Assembly (NCBI GenBank): GCA_965218795.1
Contig: OZ244653.1
Span: forward strand, 4,608,001-4,672,000
Origin: a bacterium
GTDB lineage: Bacteria > UBA8248 > JACPRG01 > G963555815
DNA: 64,000 nt
Direction: 5' to 3'
Made by a program: the position numbers and the translations under genes. Positions 17,545 to 26,395 of the stretch are shown piece after piece (position 1 is the stretch's first letter; every line of letters begins with the position of its first letter). Under the pieces are notes generated by a model. The model made no database searches, was not told where the DNA came from, and worked only from the letters and a program-made list of their open reading frames with translations.

Positions 17545-17716
17545 CGCGTTAGCTCCTCAGTGATCGATGTATTTCCACTTAACCATTCAGTCGGCGGCTA
17601 GGATGGCGGCAAGCCCAAATATTGTGGGTTGATTTCCCATGCCCCTCCTCGAGAGCGAATTTGTTTCAACAATACTAGACGAAGTTGGCTAGGTGACAAT
17701 GAATTCAGGCGGGATC

Positions 17717-17747
17717 GCTTGTGTTGCATCGACCGGTTGAGACGGCA
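17717..17747 (+). mobile_element. Solitary IS30-family-like end
   Basis: GTGTTGCATCGACCGGTTGA (reads ACVASTG*) resembles IS30-family terminal sequence; no transposase nearby. Confidence 0.4.
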
Positions 17748-17871
17748 CTCGTTTTCAGGGCAGAACGCCAACCAGCACCAAAGGCACAGCCGGAACACCG
17801 CGCCCTTGACGCAACACGTTCAGCAAATCCCGCTCGTAGTAGGGAACGCCACTGGACATTTCCTTCCACAA

Positions 17872-18093
17872 TTATATACTTGAGACAGACGCCCACAAGA
17901 TATATATTCTAGGCATGGACACGTTGCCCTTAGATTTCAACTCCTTTTCCGAATCGTCTGACCTTTCCGCAACGATTTTGTCCACCTCTTTCATGATCCG
18001 TTTTCCGAAGATGCGCTCCATCAGATCGTGCGACGGAAGCTCGGTCGCATTCTTCGGCAATCTCCGTTTCCGCTTTTTGGGAGCCTGACCCAT
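17872..18093 (-). CDS. Small basic hypothetical protein inside IS1595, divergent from the transposase
   Basis: ATG at 18093; MGQAPKKRKRR...; stops inside the left IR. Confidence 0.5.
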   Translation of the reverse strand: MGQAPKKRKRRLPKNATELPSHDLMERIFGKRIMKEVDKIVAERSDDSEKELKSKGNVSMPRIYILWASVSSI

Positions 18094-18094
18094 T

Positions 18095-18979
18095 ATGGAC
18101 CTCGTTTCTCTGATTGACAGATTCCCTTGTGACGACAAGTGCAGGGATTTCCTTGAAGATATCCGCTGGCCTCATGGACCAGCCTGCACCCGTTGCGGCG
18201 ATATGAGCGTCTTCGAAATTGACCGGCGCAATCAGTGGGAATGCAGATCATGCCGCTACCAGTTCAGTGTCACGTCCGGGACCATCATGCACGATTCCCA
18301 TCTTCCGCTCCGCAAGTGGTTTCTCGCCATCTACATGATGTGCGAATCCAAGAAGGGCATTTCGGCCAATCAGGTCAAGCGGACCCTGGGGATAACGTAC
18401 AAGACGGCATGGTATCTGTGCCATCGAATCAGGGAAGCGATGGGAAACGAACCCTTTGAGGGTCCGACATTGGTTGGTGTGGTCGAAGTCGATGAAACGC
18501 TTGTGGGCGGCAAGAAAAAGGGCAAGGGCCGCGCGTACAAGGGAAACAAGGTATGGGTCGCCGGAGCCATCCAGCGCGGCGGCAAAGTCCGCGTTGAGCG
18601 AATCTCGGACGTGAAGCGGCACACCATCCACGGCTTCATCCAGCGTGCCGTGAAGGACGAAGCCGAGGCCATCTATACGGACGAACTGAAATCCTACCTG
18701 GGGATTGCCGACCACAACACGCGCCACGAGACGGTCAATCACTCGGAAGAACAGTGGGTCATCGGAGACGTTCACACAAACTCCATTGAAGGGGTCTGGA
18801 GCCTGTTCAAGCGGTCTCTGATGGGTGCGTTCCACAAGATGAGCGCAAAGCATATGGACCGTTACCTCGAAGAGCTTGAATGGCGGTTCAACAACCGGGA
18901 TAACCCCAACATCTTCAACGAGACCCTCCGCCGGATCATGAACACCGAGCCCCTCGAATACAGGAAGTTGGTCGCATAA
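18095..18979 (+). CDS. IS1595-family transposase
   Basis: Zn ribbon RWPHGPACTRCG..WECRSC; VEVDET, IYTDE, VHTNSIEGVWSLFKR, RYLEELEWRFNNR. Confidence 0.96.
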   Translation: MDLVSLIDRFPCDDKCRDFLEDIRWPHGPACTRCGDMSVFEIDRRNQWECRSCRYQFSVTSGTIMHDSHLPLRKWFLAIYMMCESKKGISANQVKRTLGITYKTAWYLCHRIREAMGNEPFEGPTLVGVVEVDETLVGGKKKGKGRAYKGNKVWVAGAIQRGGKVRVERISDVKRHTIHGFIQRAVKDEAEAIYTDELKSYLGIADHNTRHETVNHSEEQWVIGDVHTNSIEGVWSLFKRSLMGAFHKMSAKHMDRYLEELEWRFNNRDNPNIFNETLRRIMNTEPLEYRKLVA

Positions 18980-18987
18980 TCAGTTCG

Positions 18988-19422
18988 TCATTCGTTTTGA
19001 ATCTCTCTGCATTCCTTCGAGCAAGTCACGATCCCTGGGTAACGTTCTGCTCTCTCAACGGGAATTTCATCACCACAGACTTGGCAATAGCCCTCGCCGC
19101 AAATCTGGCAAAACTCCCGCTCGGCATCTTCAGGGAGTAGATCGCCGCAGCTTATACAGACCGGACAATCCTCCTTGTCTTTGATGATGTAATCCCCATT
19201 CTGCAGAAACTCATCCGAGCATTTTTCCGAGCAAGTCACGGCCTCTGGGTTACGCTCGATTCGCTCGGCTGAGATTTCTTCGCCGCAGACCTTACAAGGG
19301 TTCTTTGTAAGTTGACGCATAACTTCACCTGCAACCGAAAGCCCTTTGGCAGCGCCCCTTAACACCTTGCGAATGCTCCTACCGATTGCCATTTCGTCCG
19401 TCCCCCATTCTCTGCCAGCCAT
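18988..19422 (-). CDS. Passenger protein with tandem DksA/TraR-type C4 zinc fingers
   Basis: CKVCGEEISAERIERNPEAVTCSEKC and CQVCGDEIPVERAERYPGIVTCSKEC, plus a central Cys cluster. Confidence 0.7.
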   Translation of the reverse strand: MAGREWGTDEMAIGRSIRKVLRGAAKGLSVAGEVMRQLTKNPCKVCGEEISAERIERNPEAVTCSEKCSDEFLQNGDYIIKDKEDCPVCISCGDLLPEDAEREFCQICGEGYCQVCGDEIPVERAERYPGIVTCSKECREIQNE

Positions 19423-19473
19423 AGAGCGATGTATTCAATGGTTCCTTCCATCCCATCATGAACATCGGCAAAC

Positions 19474-20160
19474 TCACTTTTCGTCAGCTGGTGGCTTGAG
19501 AATAGCCCTTGCGCCTTTCAGGTCTTCATTTCTTGCGAATTCAGTCAATTTCGACGCAAATATCTGCCATGAATCTTCATAGCCAATAATAGCGAAATAG
19601 CGGAGCGGAATACCTGGATGCTTTATATTAAAAGCATCACAAATTCCAGCAAGACCCCTTCTGGCTTTTTCGTGATCCGATTTGGCCTTTTGGTCGTAGA
19701 GGATATCCCGATACTCGCAAATGATTTCTTGTCTCTCTCCGAACTTGGCAGACTCTTGAGTATATTCCATGCTCAAAATGGCTCTTCTTCGTCGCTCTGC
19801 TCGATTCATGAAAGCGGTTTTGTTTCGTTTCCCCCATAGCCGTGATAACCACTGAGTACACCTTCTGCGCCAAGGCAATTGCGTTGAACCAACCGCTTTG
19901 CTTAATTTGAAGTTGAATTTGATGGGTTTGGCATCGCCCCCGAAGGCAGTTGGTTTTGTCTCTAGATTTCGCTTTCTCCATTTGGGTACAATTTTGTTTT
20001 CAAATAAGATCGTAATACACAATAAGATAACTCCTGTCCCTGCCAACATGAGCCATTTTGATGCCCCAATATCTGGAAACATTTTCTCTATTGCCCGTTC
20101 AATGAAGAAGAGAATAAGTGCGACAATGAGATATATATGGGGTTTCCTAATAGCATCCAT
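19474..20160 (-). CDS. Passenger hypothetical membrane protein (two N-terminal TM helices)
   Basis: 228-codon AT-rich ORF with two hydrophobic N-terminal stretches. Confidence 0.6.
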   Translation of the reverse strand: MDAIRKPHIYLIVALILFFIERAIEKMFPDIGASKWLMLAGTGVILLCITILFENKIVPKWRKRNLETKPTAFGGDAKPIKFNFKLSKAVGSTQLPWRRRCTQWLSRLWGKRNKTAFMNRAERRRRAILSMEYTQESAKFGERQEIICEYRDILYDQKAKSDHEKARRGLAGICDAFNIKHPGIPLRYFAIIGYEDSWQIFASKLTEFARNEDLKGARAILKPPADEK

Positions 20161-20712
20161 ACCCTCAGGCTACCCCTTGTAGGGGTCTGCGTCAAGTATA
20201 TAATTTCCTTTCCTTCTCCAACTCCTTCATCGGCAATACCTCAACACCTACGTCGATGATGTCCGAGACGTAGAAGCTTAGATGCTTCACGAAAAGGTCA
20301 TGCGCGACGAATGCGTATTTGCCGAACTGGATTTCCACGGCGACCCGCTTCTTCACGAAGTCGGTCTGATTGTACGACATGATCGGCGTGTGTCCCGCAT
20401 CCTCAATGGCCTGCTTCTGCTCCCGTTCCGGCAGCCGTGAATCCCGCACAATCGCTTTTCGTCGTCGGTTACTCAGAAGGTGCTTCGACACTCGCTCCAG
20501 CCGCGTGCCTGGAGCCTCTGCTGAAACGCCTCGTTCATGGCGCCCGGCGAATACAGCAGCCTTCCCCGCATGGTCTTTTCCCGTGAGACCTTCGTCTTGC
20601 AGGCTGTTGCATCGACTTCCGCTATGACTTCCTGAACCTCATTCCACAGTGCGCCGCGGTGGACCAACAGGTATTCTTCGCCGTTCAGGTGGGAGTAAGC
20701 GGGCGCCAATCC

Positions 20713-21618
20713 TCATGTATGCCCGCCGTTTGGCAGCGCCGGATCGTAAACCGGCTTTCCCATCGGGCGGGTTCGCAGGGTTCCGGCCTCTAACGCCTGT
20801 ACGCGCCGCCGGGCGATCTCGACATACTCACGGACGGTATCGCATCCATAGGCGTCCCTGCCGTGCATGAGCGCGGCGATCATGGCCGCCCCGACCCCCA
20901 TGTAGGGATCGAACACCGCGTCGTCTTCGTCCGTCATGGACAGCACCAGCCGTTCCACCAATTCGACAGGAAATTGGCACGGATGGATTGTCTTTTCCGG
21001 ATGGTTGCTTTTCACGTTCGGGAACACCCAAACGTCGCTCGGATTCTTCCCCTTCGGGTTCCCCGACAGCTTACCGATGTTCGGTCCCTTGAAGTGCCGC
21101 TTGCCGGGGTATTTCGCCGGCACGCGGATCGAGTCCAGATTCCACGTGTAATCGTCACCCTTGGTCCACCAGTTGATAGTCTCATAGCGGCCCGAGAGAC
21201 GCTTTGTGCAGTGCAGGCCGTGTCCGAAGTGCCAGACGATCCGGTTGCGAAGCTTGAGCCCCTGATCGCGGAATATCGGATAGAGGATCGTATCAAGCGG
21301 GACGATTGCCCCGTTCTCGACGTAATTCCCGACCTGCCAACAAAGCGAACCTTGCGGGTGCAGAAGCCGGACGCATTCCTGAATGACCCGCTCCTGCATC
21401 GCAAGGTAGGTGTCGAGCGGAGCCTTCCCTTCGTACTCCTTCCCCAAGTTGTAGGGTGGAGACGTGACGATCAGCTTGAATTTTTCGTCCGCCATGTCCC
21501 GCATGAAAGCGAGATTGTCCACGCAGGCCAGGGAGGGGCGATTGTTCGACGGAAAGAGGGTGTGCTCGCCCCGAGCGAGGTCTTCCACGACACTCACGCT
21601 GCCGGATCCTGGCAGCAC
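20713..21618 (-). CDS. Site-specific N4-C/N6-A DNA methyltransferase (beta class), partner of the BglII/BstYI-like endonuclease
   Basis: LIVTSPPYN before HPCQFP and VFDPYMGVG; start uncertain because it abuts an IS remnant. Confidence 0.92.
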   Translation of the reverse strand: MLPGSGSVSVVEDLARGEHTLFPSNNRPSLACVDNLAFMRDMADEKFKLIVTSPPYNLGKEYEGKAPLDTYLAMQERVIQECVRLLHPQGSLCWQVGNYVENGAIVPLDTILYPIFRDQGLKLRNRIVWHFGHGLHCTKRLSGRYETINWWTKGDDYTWNLDSIRVPAKYPGKRHFKGPNIGKLSGNPKGKNPSDVWVFPNVKSNHPEKTIHPCQFPVELVERLVLSMTDEDDAVFDPYMGVGAAMIAALMHGRDAYGCDTVREYVEIARRRVQALEAGTLRTRPMGKPVYDPALPNGGHT

Positions 21619-21996
21619 AACCGCGCCGATTGCTGTGTAACGTTCAGATCACGATGCAACTTCATGCTCGACACGCCCTTGAGGCTGTTCGTCAGCAGCG
21701 AGATTGCCGTCGTCCATACCTGATAGCCGAGATTGGAACTGTCCATGGCGGCCTTCGTGCGGATGCTGAACCGCTTCCGGCAGGACCGGCATCTGTAGGG
21801 CATGGTCTTGTGCTTCACCCCGCCCCGCACATGAATCGGTCCGCAATGCGGGCAGTGCGGACCATTCGGCCGGCGGATCTCGACGAACCGCTTTCCCGCC
21901 GCCGCGTCATCAGGGGGCATCTTGAGGGAATCTCTTGGTCAAATGAATCAGCGACATCCCTTTTCGGCGGCGCTTGCCGGGGGCTTTCCGTGACAT
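21594..21996 (-). pseudogene. IS1595-family transposase N-terminal remnant
   Basis: RRPNGPHCPHCG...YRCRSCRKRFSIRT...KGVSSMKLHRDLNVTQ; DDE domain missing; N-terminus frameshifted. Confidence 0.85.
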
Positions 21997-22277
21997 GCCC
22001 GGCTCTCTTTCGCGTCGGAAGAATCGTGCCCAAAATGCCGCATCATGTCAACTTCTTTCGGGCGCGATTGTATGGAATCTCCGATTGAACACGCCGGAAA
22101 GCGCCCGACAGCCATCTCTTCTTGGAGACGGGTGTGTTAGCCTGACGATCTACATGCTTTGGATCCCGAGGGAGCGATGGGAAAAAGGGAGCCGGGCCAC
22201 GCGCCTTCGGGCGCCGGGAAGAACGGGGATCAACGGGCCCCATCCGTAACCAGCGGGAAGCGAGGAGGGATCAGGGT

Positions 22278-23024
22278 TTGCGACTGAAAGACAGGGTGGT
22301 CATCGTGACGGGCGGCGCGCGCGGAATCGGCCGTTCTTACGTGCAGGCTTTGGCGAAGGAGGGGGCGAGACTGGTCGTGGCCGATATCGCGGACGCCGGG
22401 GAATCGGTGGAAGAGGCGCGAAGCGCGGGCGGAGAGGCCGTCGCGGTTCCCACGGATGTAACCGATGAGGACTCCACGCAGGCCATGGCGAAGGCCGCGC
22501 TGGACGCCTTCGGACGCATCGATGTCCTGGTGAACAACGCGGGCATCGCGGGCCGGTTCGCGCGCGTTCCGGTGGAGGAAGTGACCGTCGAGCTTTGGGA
22601 CCGTGTCATGGCCGTCAACGCCAAGGGCATGTTTTTGTGCGCGAAGGCGGTCCTGCCCGCCATGAGGGCTCAGAAGTCCGGAAGAATGATCAACATTTCC
22701 TCCCACACGTTTTACCTGGGTGCGTCGGGGATGATCGCCTACACGACTTCCAAGGGAACCGTCCTGGCCTTCACCCGTGCCCTTGCGCGCGAATTGGGGG
22801 ATGACGGAATCGCCGTCAACGCCCTGGCGCCCGACTTCATTCCGATGGATGACGATCTGGAATCCGTGCCCGAGTATGTCGAGAAGTCGATTCAGTCCCG
22901 GTGTTTCAAGCGTTCGCAAGAACCCGAAGACATGCTGGGAACGCTCATCTATCTGGCGAGCGACGACAGCGCCTTCGTCACCGGCCAGACCTTGCTGGTG
23001 AACGGCGGGTCGTATTTTCAGTAG
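22278..23024 (+). CDS. Short-chain dehydrogenase/reductase (SDR)
   Basis: TGGARGIG, LVNNAG, YTTSKG, FVTGQTLLVNGG. Confidence 0.94.
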   Translation: MRLKDRVVIVTGGARGIGRSYVQALAKEGARLVVADIADAGESVEEARSAGGEAVAVPTDVTDEDSTQAMAKAALDAFGRIDVLVNNAGIAGRFARVPVEEVTVELWDRVMAVNAKGMFLCAKAVLPAMRAQKSGRMINISSHTFYLGASGMIAYTTSKGTVLAFTRALARELGDDGIAVNALAPDFIPMDDDLESVPEYVEKSIQSRCFKRSQEPEDMLGTLIYLASDDSAFVTGQTLLVNGGSYFQ

Positions 23025-23052
23025 ACGGGTCATGGAGCTTTGGGAATTTGAG

Positions 23053-23221
23053 GGAGGGGCGCACGGCTGTGCGACCCTCCGTGATCCCCGGTTTTGACGT
23101 GAGTACTCTGGGGGCAGGCACCGCCTGCACCGGTTTCGCCGGGCACAAGGGGTAATGATTTTCGATTCCGTGATTCAGCCCGGTTGCGGCCGCGAAAGCG
23201 CGGAGGCGCGTCGCCTCCCCC
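23053..23221. repeat. Cluster of degenerate REP-like palindromes
   Basis: GGAGGGGCGCACGGCTGTGCGACCCTCC (23053-23080), GGGGCAGGCACCGCCTGCACC and GCGGAGGCGCGTCGCCTCCCC between convergent genes. Confidence 0.45.
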
Positions 23222-23489
23222 AAAGCCCGCCTGGAAAGGATCTCCAGAATCTCTGACGTCCGCTCAAGCTGGGGATCACCCAGCGTACACCCCTGCGGGC
23301 AAATCCGCCGGAATCTTGTCGTTGAAGGTTCGGTCCTGTCACTGAAGGCAGCGGTCTTAGACGGGGCTTCTTCTATCCCGCCCGGCCTTTTCCTTTGTTG
23401 GTCTTCTCGGATGCCTACTTCGTAGAAGCTTTCTTCGTTGATTCGCCTTTGGGCGAGGCGGACATCTTAACCGCCGCGGCCTTCGGCTT

Positions 23490-25079
23490 CTACGCGCTTT
23501 TTTCTTCCTTCACCCACCACTTCGGGATCTTCAGGTCATCGGCCATGACGTTGACGCAATTATAGCCGTTGGCCGCGTGGCACCCCCCGCGCGGGTGGGT
23601 GCTCGGCCCGCACAGATACAGGCCCTCGATCGGCGTCCGGTAGGGACGCTCGCCGGGCATCGGCCGGAGGATGCCCATCTGGTCCTGGGTCAGCCGGCCT
23701 CCCATCGTATCGCCTTTTACCATGCAGATGTTCGTGTTCCAGATGTCGCGGGGCGTGAACACCCTGCGGCCCAGCACGGCCGAGGCGCTCACGTTCGGGG
23801 CGTGTTGGCTCAACAGCCCCACGCACTCGTCCGCGTATTCCTCCTTGATCCCGTCCCACTTTTCGGGGCCGATCCGGAGGTCGTGCGGAGCATACTGCCA
23901 GATGGCGATGACGTGCTTCCCCGGAGGCGATTGGGTCGTGTCGAACCGGGTCGGATGCAGGACGGTGTAACAGGGCGGACTGACGAGGATGCCGTCTTCC
24001 ATCTGCCGGAATTCGCGCTTGATGTCCTCGAAATCCTCCCGGCCGAGGACGACGTTGTACGACTGGTTGACGTTGGGATTCTCGGTCCGGTAGTTCACGT
24101 CCTCGTCCAGCGCGACGTTGACAGCGAACATGCCGAAATAGTTCCACTGGAAGTTTTTGACCTTCTGGACATAGGCCTCATCGAGCGTCTCCTCCCCCAC
24201 GAGCTCGAGCATGAGCTGACCCGGCTCCACGTTGCTGGCAATGCCCGTCCGGGCGTTGATCCGGTCGCCGTTCTCCAGCCGGACCCCTACGGCGCGGTCC
24301 CCCTCGAGGATGACCTCGGAGACGTGCGCGTTCGTGATGACCTCTCCGCCGTGATGCTCCAGGAAGCGGGTCATGGCCTGGGTCAGGGTCCCCGCGCCGC
24401 CGATGCAGGTGGCGTTCCCCGTCGACAGGTGCTGATTCACAATCAGGGTGATCGGAACGGCCCCCGACCCCTTGGCGCCGTAATGGTTCAGCGTCTGGAG
24501 GCAATAGCCGAGGAAGAAGGTCTTGGTGCGCTCGTGCTCGAAGAGCTCATCCGCCACGTCTACCATGCTCATGAGCAGGTACTTCTGGACTTCCTGACCG
24601 TTCGGGAGCGCTTCGTAGAGCTCCATGACTTTCGACATGGGGAGCGGGGGCGCGAAAAAGGCTTTGGCGAACAGGGCGAACGCGTCCTTCATGGAGAGGA
24701 CCCAATCCTTGTAGGACTTGGCGTCCCGCTCGGAGAATTGTGCGATCTCTCTTGCGGTGTCATCGACGTCCCGGTATACGGTGATGCTCTTTCCGTCCTT
24801 CCACAAGTGCGACGAAATGATCGGGGGGAAGATGTACTTGCAGCCGTGCTTCTCGAGCTCGAGGTCCTTGTAAACCGGGCCGATGTGCACCCAGTGATGA
24901 TTCATCGCGTGCGTGTTCATGATGAAGCCCGGGATGAGCTCCTCCGAGATGACGCCGCCGCCGATGATGTCCCGCCTCTCCAGGACAATCACGCTCTGCC
25001 CCGCCTTGGCCAGGTAACCGGCCAAAGCCAGACCGTTGTGTCCCGCCCCGATCACGATGACATCGCAAGTTTCCGCCAC
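23490..25079 (-). CDS. Phytoene-desaturase-family NAD(P)/FAD-dependent oxidoreductase
   Basis: VIGAGHNGL..AGYLAKAG..VLERRDIIGG; YRTPIEGLYLCGPSTHPRGG. Confidence 0.92.
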   Translation of the reverse strand: MAETCDVIVIGAGHNGLALAGYLAKAGQSVIVLERRDIIGGGVISEELIPGFIMNTHAMNHHWVHIGPVYKDLELEKHGCKYIFPPIISSHLWKDGKSITVYRDVDDTAREIAQFSERDAKSYKDWVLSMKDAFALFAKAFFAPPLPMSKVMELYEALPNGQEVQKYLLMSMVDVADELFEHERTKTFFLGYCLQTLNHYGAKGSGAVPITLIVNQHLSTGNATCIGGAGTLTQAMTRFLEHHGGEVITNAHVSEVILEGDRAVGVRLENGDRINARTGIASNVEPGQLMLELVGEETLDEAYVQKVKNFQWNYFGMFAVNVALDEDVNYRTENPNVNQSYNVVLGREDFEDIKREFRQMEDGILVSPPCYTVLHPTRFDTTQSPPGKHVIAIWQYAPHDLRIGPEKWDGIKEEYADECVGLLSQHAPNVSASAVLGRRVFTPRDIWNTNICMVKGDTMGGRLTQDQMGILRPMPGERPYRTPIEGLYLCGPSTHPRGGCHAANGYNCVNVMADDLKIPKWWVKEEKSA

Positions 25080-25141
25080 TTCATCGCCTCCTTTGCTTGA
25101 GTCCCCTCGGGTATCGAAGATGGATCATTTCATTCGAGATT

Positions 25142-25960
25142 TCACTTGCCGCATGGGAGAAAATCCCGGCGTATCACCCGACAGAGCCAATCCACGCCCA
25201 GCTCGAATTCCTTCTCGCCTTTCTTGGCCGTCGCCAGGTCCGCCCGGCCCACGAATCCGGACGCCGAGACCTCGCCGAAATCCGCCGGGGGCGAGTAGAC
25301 GGCCCCGCCGTTCAGCACCAGCTCGTCATAAGCGATCTTTTCCTTCGATCCCTCCGGAAAGTAGCTTCCCGCAAGGCTCATATCCACCAAATTTGGATGG
25401 GAGGCCAAGACACGGGAGGTTTCCATCTCTCCGGCGTGACCGTCCGCGCCGGGCGAATCCGCGGTGGATAATTCATGCCGGGCGTCGTAATCCCCGACGC
25501 GCAGCCATCCCCACAAGACGGCCGTCCGGGCTCCCAATTCATCCACTAGGTCGCGGGCGACGACGAGGAGAGGACCATAGCTGTCCAGGTGGCAGACGAG
25601 CCAGAGTATCTTCCGAAACCCGTGCCGAAACAGACTTCGCCCCACGTCTCGGGCCAGGGCCGAAAAGGTGTCGTTGGAAAGTGTGAGCGTCCCCGGCCAG
25701 CGCATTCGGTCCGATGTCGGCGCATACGGAATGACCGTCCCGACGGCCGACTGCCCATCCTCTTGAAGACGGGCGATCACGCGCCGGCAGAGGGTTTCGC
25801 CGGAAAACGCGTCGGTCCAAAGCGGCAGATGCGGACCGTGTTGTTCGGTCGAGCCGGCTGCGACCAGGGCCAAGTCGGACGTCTTCAGCACGGCTTCGAC
25901 CTCGGGGGACGTCATCTCGCCGAGGAGTTTCGGACCCATGACGTTGTACAGGGGATCCAT
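25142..25960 (-). CDS. Creatininase/MftE family amidohydrolase
   Basis: GSTEQHGPHLPLWTD, PGTLTLS, GHAGEMETS, ATAKKG. Confidence 0.9.
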   Translation of the reverse strand: MDPLYNVMGPKLLGEMTSPEVEAVLKTSDLALVAAGSTEQHGPHLPLWTDAFSGETLCRRVIARLQEDGQSAVGTVIPYAPTSDRMRWPGTLTLSNDTFSALARDVGRSLFRHGFRKILWLVCHLDSYGPLLVVARDLVDELGARTAVLWGWLRVGDYDARHELSTADSPGADGHAGEMETSRVLASHPNLVDMSLAGSYFPEGSKEKIAYDELVLNGGAVYSPPADFGEVSASGFVGRADLATAKKGEKEFELGVDWLCRVIRRDFLPCGK

Positions 25961-26395
25961 GGCAAGCAGTATGCGCAATGGGGTTCTGGGGGCGGCCCGC
26001 AAGTTCCCGCGTTGGAGTCGGATTCTCGTTCAATCTTGTTTTGGGTGCAGCCGCGGAATTTCGATTGACGCGATCCCATCTTGAATGCCGGGTTGCCGGG
26101 CTGTCAAGCGGCTGGAAGGCTTCGTGATCCTTGATTTTGAGGGTAGCGCTCTGGGGGAATATTTTGGAGGGAACGTGCCTCTGCGACTTCACGGTGGCTG
26201 GAGGCCAATCAGAGCATCAGATATCGACAACTCATATGCGCGGCGAAAACGGAGCAGGCCGTACCTGCATGCACTGATTGAGCCGTGCTGCATGAACAGA
26301 TTGAGTATGATTAGATCGTTGCGTCCGGCGAAACCGCGGCAGGCCGTGCCCGCCACCTTGGATACAACGTTCTTCAAGAATACAAACCTGGAACA

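Larger units (their letters stand above)
17867..20208 (+). mobile_element. IS1595-family element with passenger genes (ISNwi1-like ends), 2342 bp
   Basis: Terminal IRs cacAATTATATACTTGAgaCAGAC / ggaAATTATATACTTGAcgCAGAC; 8-bp direct repeat TTTCCTTC at 17859-17866 and 20209-20216. Confidence 0.92.
17755..20716 (-). pseudogene. BglII/BstYI-family type II restriction endonuclease, split by IS1595 and carrying frameshifts and a nonsense codon
   Basis: YSHLNGEEYL...YNQTDFVKKRVAVEIQFGKYAFV...LPMKELEKE rejoins across the IS to MSSGVPYYERDLLNVLRQGRGVPAVPLVLVGVLP* (stop 17755). ATGA overlap with the MTase stop. Confidence 0.9.

Noticed and set aside
17173-17590. VOC gene as an integron cassette (GTTAAGT upstream on the minus strand)
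   Set aside because: No RYYYAAC inverse core or attC hairpin after the stop, and no integrase.
21604-21609. GGATCC site at the MTase 5' end as an autoregulatory site
   Set aside because: The 6-mer is frequent in this window and enzyme specificity is unknown.
23577-25100. Long antisense ORFs (also 15820-16683, 35627-37057, 37222-38796, 41391-43022, 44247-45572, 48172-49254)
   Set aside because: Shadow frames of well-supported genes in high-GC DNA; no motifs.
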